Source: Euglena gracilis (Eukaryota). From it: a DNA stretch of 64,000 bases. The notes below the pieces were generated by a model. It had not been told where the DNA came from, did no database searches, and saw only the letters and a list, made by a program, of their open reading frames with translations. Numbering within the stretch: the first letter of the stretch is position 1; each line of letters starts with the position of its first letter. The stretch covers positions 12,394,716 through 12,458,715 of the forward strand of contig CP154954.1 in NCBI GenBank assembly GCA_039621445.1. Reading direction: 5' to 3'. Position numbers and translations under genes: made by a program. Below, piece by piece: positions 55,946-64,000 of the stretch.

Positions 55946-57167
55946 CGCCCGCACAAAAACATGGGTCCTATTGAGGGTCTGCCTCGCTTGCCACGTTTGG
56001 CACAAATAAAATTTCTTTCACTGCCAGCTCGTGACTGCAGACGAAACACCTGGTCCGTGCATGTAACCAGACAAACAAAATCTGCATTCATTTTTAACCT
56101 TTGAAAGGGTCCCCATTTTTTATTTTTTCTGAAAATTTTCAAAATAAAAATACCCATACCGTGCTGAATTTACAAGACTGAATGTCAAGGCCCCCAGATG
56201 CAGCATGCCTCTGTTTGGCCTCACAAAACCCGGGTAAAATGGTTACAAGGCAAGTGCGTGGCGGCGTGGTGGGTGGGCTGGGTTTGGGGATTTGTGGGTG
56301 GGTTGTGGGATGGGTGGGGTGTTGGGGGTTTGTGTTTGTTTTGTTTTGGGGTTTGTTTCAGTGATTTTGTGGTGGTGGGGGGTGTGGGTGGGCTGGGATC
56401 TAATTTTTTTGGGAATGGTATTTTGGGACTTGGGATCGTGGACTTTTTGGGATGAGGAATTCGAAAAGGCAGTTTCCCACCGGTATGTGCCAGTTCGCCC
56501 AACGCAGCAACCTATATTTGGCTGAGCGAAAGGGGCACAACACTTCCCCAAAGTGAACCAAACGTTTTTCTTTTTTGGCTTCTTGGACCAAAAGCTATGG
56601 GCAGGGTGATTGTATCGGCAACGTCAGCAAAAAAAAAAAAAAACGCTGCAACGACCGGAAAAACACTTTCCTACCCTCAAATCATGATTGGATTAAACAA
56701 TGGAAGGAATGGACGGGAAATAGCAAATTCGTTTTGTGGCCTGAATTCTGTATCCAGAAACATATGGATGGAAATTTTTATATTATATATAATAATAATA
56801 TATAATATCAGATATTAATTTTTATAAAAACATGGAAATTTCTGACAAATAACATTTGCATTCATACCCCGAGGTCCAGGTGCCACCCCCTCCCTCGGCA
56901 AGGGATGGCAAGCAGAGGTTTTAAAAAAGAAACAACAACAACTCTGGTCTGAACCAGAAATGCTACGGGCGAAAGCAGAGCCCTCAACACGCATGGGCGG
57001 TACTCTCCGACCCCAGCTGTGGCACCGCAGACCACCTCACATCACCGTGGTGGTATCTGTGGAGGACAGGGGTTTTTCTTTTTAGTCTTGGACACCCGGG
57101 GGAGAGGGGGGTAGGGTGGGTGCGTGGCCGAGCCTCCCCCCTGGGGGGTCCGCACAGGGGGGGGATA

Positions 57168-57573
57168 TACCTCCCCCCCCCCTTGTCTAAGCACCACCCT
57201 TGTCTAAGCACCACCCCCCCGGTTCTTACCCATCTTTTTACAGGTCATCGTCACGGGGAGGTTTATTTTGTGTGCATTTTTAAGGGAAATTTCTCAAAAA
57301 TTTCGAAATTTCTGCAACTTCTGAGACCTGATTTGGTGAGGTATTGTTGATTTCTGCATCCAAATGTGTGTAAGTTCAACAGTGCACCTTCAAATTAAGG
57401 GGAATTTTTCCTTTTCGGCGCGAAGCGCCGGATTTTTTTTGCAGTCAAATTTTTCCCCCCCCCTTGTCTAAGCACCGCCCCCCTGGTTCTTACCCATATT
57501 TTGGCAAAATAAGCACCACCCCCCTGGTTCTTACCCATCTTTTCCGGTTCTTAGACAAGGGGGGGGGGAGGTA
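57168..57573. mobile_element. TA-bounded MITE family D
   Basis: Ends tacctccccc..ttgtctaag / cttagacaag..gggaggta. Homologous copies lie at 17916-18307 and ~58330-58706. Confidence 0.8.
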
Positions 57574-58057
57574 CTTTTCGGAAAGCGCCGAAGGCGCCGA
57601 AATTTTTTTAAAAAGGCGCTATTTTTAGTATTTTCCCAACTTTTTGGCCATTTTCCAGGAAAATTGAGTGGGTCCTCTGGGACCCCACGGGGGGGCCCCA
57701 GGGGGTGGGTGGGTGGGTGGATGTGGTCCCTTCCACTCCCTGCATCCGAGGCCCTTGGCAGAGACGGCTGTTCTGTGTGGCTGTTGACTGACCCCTCCTG
57801 TCCATGTCGACACGGCTCGAGATGAACACACTCCGCCGCTCCCCGGACCTTGGGACAGTGGACCTGCCTGCCTGTTTCTGGGCTGCTTGCATTGTCCCCA
57901 GAACAGCTCTCCCGCAGTCCTTTGCCTCAAGTTTCGCATTTAATTAATTAAATTTTTTTTACTGTTTTATGTGGATGGATAATGGAACAGAATCCCAGAG
58001 AGTGGAGACGCCCAGTGTGACCCCCTGGTTGTTTTAAAAGTCATGCAACTTACCTCA

Positions 58058-58283
58058 CAGGTTGCAGGTCATGGGGGTGTTATGACCCCCCCCCCCCGGT
58101 CAAAGGTTGCAGGTCGCGTCCCCCTCCTTCTACGACCCCGCCCCCCCCCCCCCCCCCCCCCGGTCTACACAGGGGGGGGGCGGGTAAGGACCGCCCTCGC
58201 AGGTTGCAATTATGGGGGTGTTACGCCCCCCCCCCCCCTGTCACAGGTTCCAGGACCCCCCCCGGTCGTACGACAAGGGGGGG
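58058..58283. repeat. Tandem duplication of a ~130-bp unit
   Basis: caggttgca..atgggggtgttat/c..Cn..Gn cgggtaaggaccgcc occurs twice. Confidence 0.75.
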
Positions 58284-59306
58284 GGGGCGGGTAAGGACCG
58301 CCTTGGTGTGTGTGTGTGTGTGTGTGTGTCCCCCTCCTGTCTAAGAACCACCCTTGTCTGAGCACCACCTCCTGGTTCTTACCCGTCTCTTTAAAGGTCT
58401 TCTCGGGGAGGCTTATTTTGTGTGTGTGTTTTTAGAGAAATCTCTTGAAAATTTTGAAAATTTTAGAAATTTCTGAAGCCTGATATGATGAGATTTTGTT
58501 GATTTTTGCATCCAAATTCCTATGAGTGCAACTGTGGACCTCCGAATTAAGGGAAATTTTTCCTTTTCGCCGCGAAGCGTCGGAGTTTTTCGCAGTCGAA
58601 AATTTCCCTCTTGTCTGAGCACCACCCCCCGGTTCTTACCCATAGTTTGGCAAATATATTTTGTGCTTACCCATGTTTTCCAGTGCTTAGATAAGGGGGG
58701 GGGGAGGCAGGGTTCGATATAAGGACGGCACACGGGGTTTAGGTGGGGCTGTCACCCTCACCCCTCCCCTCCTGGACCGGAGGGGGGTCCGGACCACCTC
58801 CCACCTGCCAAGTGCGGACCACCCCGGGGGGTACCCGGACCCCCCCAAAAGGACTTTTCCGCGGAAAATTTTTTTTGACAAAATTTTGCCCAAAAAGTGC
58901 CCGAAATGGCACTTTGGGCTGTTTTGGGGGATCAAAATTATAGGCCCGGATCAACGCACCGTGCTGAAAATCAGTCACCCGGACCGCGACACTCCCCCCC
59001 CCCCTGGACCGGAGGGGGTCTGGACCCCCCACCTGCCCTTTTATCGAAGCCTTGGGGAGGTACACTTCTTATTCCAGTGTATGAGCCCCAAACAGCCAGA
59101 GTCATGGGTCAGGGAATCGGCTGGGCACATGTTTTTCTGACACGTTTTCCAAGTGGTGCATATCTCCAGTCTCAAATAGCACCAGAGCAGATAATTGCTA
59201 AAACTTTGGCTTTCAAGGTTCCGGGGGGGGGGGGTGGGTGAATGGGTTTTTTTGGGCTGCTCACCTCTCCCCAGGTGAAGCGAAGTTGAGGGTTTGAGAT
59301 TGGGTT

Positions 59307-59606
59307 CAGGGGTTTTTTTAAGACCGGGGGGGGGGGGGGGGGGGGCCCCCCCAACCAGCCCACCCCCGGGGGGGCCCCGCCGGGGGGGGGGGGGGTCCCA
59401 GGGGACCCACAAAAAATGGGCGAAAAATCGCGAAAAGTGCTAAAAATAGAATTTTTTCGGCGCCTGCGGCGCCGAAAACTATATCCCACCCCCCTCCGGG
59501 GGGACACCCCCCCCCCCCCCCCCCCCCGGGGGGGGCTCGGCCGGACCCACCCACCCTACCCCCCCCTCCCCCCCCCCCCGGGGGTCCACGACTAAAAAAA
59601 CCCCTG
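59307..59606. mobile_element. hAT-like MITE family B
   Basis: Ends caggggtttttt / aaaaaaacccctg; TSD attgggtt on both sides. Inverted relatives lie at ~46874-47161, ~33998-34210 and ~57067-57720. Confidence 0.85.
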
Positions 59607-59991
59607 ATTGGGTTGTGTTTCCCCCAAAAATGGTCCCGGTGCGAAGTGCGGAACTTTTTTTTCGGGCCTTTTTGTCTTCCTTTGTTTGCACGTTCGTCGT
59701 TTTCGACAGTGACCCTCCTCCCAGGGGGGATGAGGAGAGTGCCTGACTGGCTTTTGGAAAGTGACTGTCCAATTTTTTTTTTCAACATGGAAAGTGGGAA
59801 CCTCGTCCTCCCTCACCAGCAGAAAGCTCAAACGATTGCCTGCACCAGGGTCGCCAGTTCTCCCTCAGAAACTGCCATATCCCATATGCCCCAAAACCCG
59901 CCGGTGTCCGTCAGCGTCCCCCGGGTACCGGCCAACCCCCGCACAAAACTGTGGGTGGGCCCAGCCCTCCCCGTGCCCCAGGCCGCCACAC

Positions 59992-60157
59992 ATGCCCGGC
60001 TTCGCGCCGGCCGCCCCGCCGCTGGCCCCCGAGGCCGTGCGTGCGCTGACAGCCCTCCTCGGGCAAGTCCGCCGCCTGCTGGTCGTGACGGGGGCGGGCT
60101 GCAGCACGGAGTCCGGCATCCCCGACTATCGCTCCCCGTCTGGCAGCCTGTCCCAAG
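59992..60157 (+). CDS. SIRT4: SIRT4-type (class II) NAD-dependent sirtuin, first recognisable exon
   Basis: MPGFAPAAPPL..RRLLVVTGAGCSTESGIPDYRSPSGSLSQ contains the Sir2 GAGxSTESGIPDYR motif. The GT donor is at 60158. A pyrimidine tract and CAG at 59979-81 lie upstream, so an earlier exon or a trans-splice site is possible. Confidence 0.92.
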
Positions 60158-60293
60158 GTGTGGTTGGACTGCCGTGCCCCTGCAGCGTCTCCCCCCCTGA
60201 GTGGTTTACGTGTGGCCCTTCATCAATAAGTACCCCCCCCCCCCGGAAACTGTCACCTGGCACGTTGGTGAGTACCAGGGACCTTATACCTGA

Positions 60294-60711
60294 TAAACCC
60301 CCCCCCAAATAAGACCCCCCCATAAAATGGACCCCCCCCCCAAAAATAAGACTCCCCCTGGCCGGTCCAAGCAAAAATCCATGAAATGGACCCCCCCCAT
60401 GAATAAGACCCCCCCTGCCGGCGCGAAGCGCCAGATTTTTGAAAAATGGTACATTTTTGGGGGGAAAATCTGCTATTTTGGGACTGTTTTCACACAATTC
60501 AGCATATTTTACCCTATTTGTCTGGCGCGAAGCGCCGAATTTTTCGAAAAGTGGTATTTTGGGGTGTCATTTTTGGACATTTGGGGGGTCGAAAATTTTT
60601 CCAGCAAAATCCATAAAATGGACCCCCCCCCCATGAATAAGACCCCCCCTTGGGCTTTCCAGCAACCGACCCATGAAATGGACCCCCGGTCTTATTTTTG
60701 GGGGGGGTTTA
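60294..60711. mobile_element. TA-bounded MITE inside sirtuin intron 1
   Basis: Ends taaaccccc..aaataagacc / ggtcttattttt..ggggttta; subterminal aaatggaccccc and aataagacc repeats. Confidence 0.7.
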
Positions 60712-61131
60712 GTTTCTGAGACATGACAGTGTCCCGGAGGGGTTGTTTGGGTCCCCAGAAGAAGCTTGCGATCCAGTTGCCACCACCCTTACAATTTTAA
60801 ACCTTACATTTCCCATCCAAGTTGGTTTGTGTTTCCTGACACTTTCAGCAAATTGTGCCTATCAGCCTATTGTTCTTTTTCATCATTATTTATGTGTGTA
60901 TGATTTTTTATTTGATTATTTTGTGTACGATTCTTTCGTCTGATTTGTCAACGTTCATGTCAATGAAATTCAAAGCTGTCATCTGTCGAAAAAGCCCGAT
61001 TGATTTTGCTTCCAGGCCCCGATGCTAAAACGAGAGGGTTGCCACATGACTGAAAGTACCATCCTGTCCATGGAGTTGTCTCCTGTCTGGAAAAGTCTTC
61101 TTCGGAGGACAGTGGTGCTGCTGTCTCTCAG

Positions 61132-61235
61132 GCCACAAGCCCACGACGTACCAGGAGTTTGTGAAGTCGCCCGAGAAGCGGCAGCGATATTGGGCGAGGG
61201 CATACCTCGGCTGGGACCGGTTTGCCCAGGCAAAG
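61132..61235 (+). CDS. SIRT4: Sirtuin exon 2
   Basis: GHKPTTYQEFVKSPEKRQRYWARAYLGWDRFAQAK contains RxRYWAR..GW, typical of SIRT4-class proteins. It is flanked by ctctcag and gttttc and joins in frame. Confidence 0.92.
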
Positions 61236-61476
61236 GTTTTCCCCCCCTGTTTCCTTTCTTGAAAATATAGTCCCCAGCTTTTTTTTGGCCTTCTTTTGCA
61301 ACCTACTTGGAGGGTTGGAACCGCCGAGTGAGGTCGGGCTGGCAGTGCACGGTTGGCTGCTTACATGACAGGGGATGACAACTCTTTGATGACAATGCCG
61401 AGCCACGGGACGACGATAGCAAGTGCTTTGTGGTCCTCTGATGTGAGCCGGCTCTCCCCCCCCCCCCCCCCCACAG

Positions 61477-61533
61477 CCAAACGCCATACACTTCGCTCTG
61501 GCCGAGTTGGAGGCCCGCGGACGCGTCCACCAC
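61477..61533 (+). CDS. SIRT4: Sirtuin exon 3
   Basis: PNAIHFALAELEARGRVHH follows a C-run and CAG acceptor and matches the PNxxH motif. Confidence 0.9.
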
Positions 61534-62059
61534 ACCCAACGCTGCCGCTGGACGACAGAACCGTGGCCATCCAGTCCCACCCGCCGTCCTGTGAAATTCC
61601 CACCCCCACAAAACGAGCACACAGCGCAGAAGACACTGTCGGCCCAACATGGCAGCTTGGCCACTTTGGAAAGCTCCACAAATTTGTCACCCGGTTTGCA
61701 CTCGCTGCCTCATGGACCGGGGGGGGGGGCTGTTACGTAGGTCGTTTCCCCCGCCGCCATGGGAAGTTCCCAGTGAAGGTTTGCGCCGTGCATTTTAAGC
61801 TGAGCGGTTTTTTGATTTTTCCCAGACCCAGAACTGCACGTGAAATTGTTTTGGTTTTATATGGTTGTGTGCGTGCTATTTTTTTTTTGTGTGGTGCTTT
61901 TCGACGGCCGTTGCACCTGAAGCAGAAGCGAACGTACCTGTTCGGTGACCACTTCCCTGGGGGGGGGGGGGTGAGCAAACCATGGCTGCCAGCCCCGGAA
62001 CGGACACACGGACCAGCTCACTCTCCCGCCGGCCGCCGTGGCGCGGCAGCGGTGGCGCC
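61534..62059 (+). other. Nonconventional (non GT-AG) intron in the sirtuin gene
   Basis: The intron runs acccaacgctgccgc...gcggcagcggtggcgcc. Its ends form a stem with 12 of 13 pairs in the +4/-6 register, with Y|R junctions. Removing it restores conserved RVHH-VLTQNVD. Confidence 0.9.
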
Positions 62060-62155
62060 GTGCTCACGCAGAACGTGGACGGGCTGCACGCGGCGGCGGG
62101 CAGCCGGGCCGTCACGGAGCTGCACGGCAACGCCCGCTCCGTAGTCTGCCTCCAG
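62060..62155 (+). CDS. SIRT4: Sirtuin exon 4 (catalytic His); the rest of the gene was not found in the window
   Basis: [32 protein letters not shown] contains the TQNVDGLH and ELHG motifs and the first Zn-ligand Cys. GT follows at 62156. Confidence 0.93.
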
Positions 62156-62827
62156 GTCCCTTGCCCCATCCCTCACCGCTGTGATGGGGGGCCAGGACGT
62201 CTTAGCAGGACCTTTAAGCTGTAGGAACCCATCCCCCCCGGGGGGGGGGGTGGCTTTTCCAGCCAGCCCATATTTTCCAGCCTCTGAGCTGGACCCAGGG
62301 ATATGAAGGCGGTCAGTATTGGGTATGGGGGGCGACCCCCCCCCCCCGGGCGGGCGGTGAGGTGGGGGTGTAAGGGGTACCTGGCCACTCACCATACAGC
62401 AAACTGGGCCAGAAGCAAAGTTACCGCCGGCCATGAACAGAGACACAGCCATAGTGCAACTAGGGGGGTGGTAAAGTGATAGGGGGGATCTGGATCCCCA
62501 TGTGTTGGAGGGGGATCTGGATCCGGACCCCCCCTCCTCGGCAGGTTCCAAAAGCGTGAACTTTTTTCCAGTGCTGCCACCGGAAAATGAGCAAAAAAAA
62601 ACACGTTTTGCTTCACTTTTGAGCATATTGCCTATCTTTTGATGTTTTTGTGTTTTCCAAGTCAGAAGTGTTCAATTTTTTAAAAAAAAACATTTCAAAG
62701 AAAAATCAGGGGTGTCCAACAATTTTGGCCTTGTATCTGGCCCTTTGCCTGTCCACAAAACCAAAAAAATTCCGGCCATATCAGTTTCGATGTGGGGGGG
62801 GGGGGCTACCCCCCCAAGGCTTCCCAC

Positions 62828-63266
62828 CAGGCTTTTGCTTAAGGGATTGCAGTACCCCCCGGGGGGGGGGGTGGACTGCAGCTTGTCCAAATTTGGCTGG
62901 TGGGTTTTCTAGCAGACCCCCCCACCCCGGGGGGGGCTGCTAGCAGGGCTAGCTAGTGGAAATTTTTTTTCCAGTGACCGGCGCGAAGCGCCGAAAATTT
63001 TTTTTGGACCCCCAAAAATGGCCAAAAATGCCCGTTTTTGGCCATTTTTGGGAATTTTTGGAACAAAATCAGCCAAAAACCTGTTAAAAACCTCATTTTT
63101 CCTCCAGCGCGCAGCGCCGGAGGAAAATTTTTTTTCCAGTCCGGGGGACCCCCGGACACCCCCCCCGGGGGGGAGGGGGGGTCTAGCTAGTCCACTTTTT
63201 CCAGTGTCCAGCCGATTGGCTAGCCAGTACCCCCCCCCCCCGGGGGGGGCCTTAAGCAAAAGCCTG
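62828..63266. mobile_element. hAT-like MITE family C
   Basis: Perfect 17-bp TIRs caggcttttgcttaagg / ccttaagcaaaagcctg; TSD cttcccac. Confidence 0.9.
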
Positions 63267-64000
63267 CTTCCCACACATCCCCCAGAGGTACGCTTGAGCC
63301 CTGTGGGGGGCCTCTCAGATCTGGTTGGGTCGAGCAACGACATGAAACAGGGCAGTGTCCATGGGTTTGGTGGCAATTCGTGCCCCAAGGCAAATGCGAC
63401 CGGATTGACACGAGAGGGCACCCCTTCAGGTCGACCCTTCCACCACCCTTTGCACTTCACCCAACGCCAAATCCATCCACTGCGCCCTGACCGAATCGGA
63501 AGCACGCGAGCTCCGTCGGTGTCCAATTGCCCGATGCCGCCGTCGGCAGCCACATTCCAAGTTGCTGCATCCCCTCCCTTGGCTGCACCCACTTATCGGG
63601 CCACAAATTGAAGGTCGCCGAAGGTCACAGGCCACCCCAAAAAGTTTGATTCCCCCCCCCCCCAGTTTAAAGCCCCACCTGAGGGTTTTGAAATCCTGTC
63701 CAAATTTGAAGCCGGGGGGCTTTTGTATTTGGGGGGTATTTAGGCATGCCGCGATTTCCAGTGCGTATCTTCTTCCCACGGGGGGGGGGGAGTGACCTTT
63801 GGGTGATAAGGTGGGCATCACAGAGGAGGGGGACAACTGCCCGCCCCGAAGTGGTCCAGAGCTCCTGGGCACCCCAAGACCCTTCCCAAAGGATCAGGTT
63901 TTTTTCTTCGACGCTCCAGCCGAAGGAAGCTCAGGGTTCTGGCATATTTCTACCAAATAATCATCCGTGTTATCTTTTTGGTCGATTTTGAAGGGTGAAC

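Noticed and set aside
56959-57060. Possible N-terminal (targeting) exon of the sirtuin, MLRAKAEP...
   Set aside because: I could not find a donor of the right phase to join it to 59982. Left unassigned.
62156-64000. Further sirtuin exons
   Set aside because: No recognisable continuation (second CxxC, KPDVVFFGE) was found; it probably lies beyond the window.

Overview
Eukaryotic genomic DNA, very probably from a photosynthetic euglenid (Euglena-like). This is inferred from many non-GT-AG introns with base-paired ends and from a tripartite plastid-targeting presequence. Almost none of the supplied ORFs are real genes. The coding sequence is split into short GC-rich exons, which I joined by hand. 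Four + strand genes emerge: (1) the 3' part of an uncharacterised gene (<60 to ~10,000); (2) a full-length diverged tandem paralogue of it (~10,769-40,754); (3) a ~20-exon mTERF-family gene with a signal peptide, transit peptide and stop-transfer presequence (42,151-55,945); (4) the 5' part of a SIRT4-type sirtuin (59,992 to >62,155). The introns are filled with microsatellites and several MITE-like families, some with 8-bp TSDs and CAG..CTG ends (hAT-like) and some TA-flanked. Most notable observations: a GNA-triloop hairpin (GGCGC-GAA-GCGCC or GGCGCC-GAA-GGCGCC) recurs about 25 times in the cores of elements with unrelated ends; there are candidate ultra-short, stop-containing hairpin introns of 21-46 nt; and MITE termini mirror the CAG/CTG stem of the nonconventional introns. 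All splice models are manual and need RNA confirmation.
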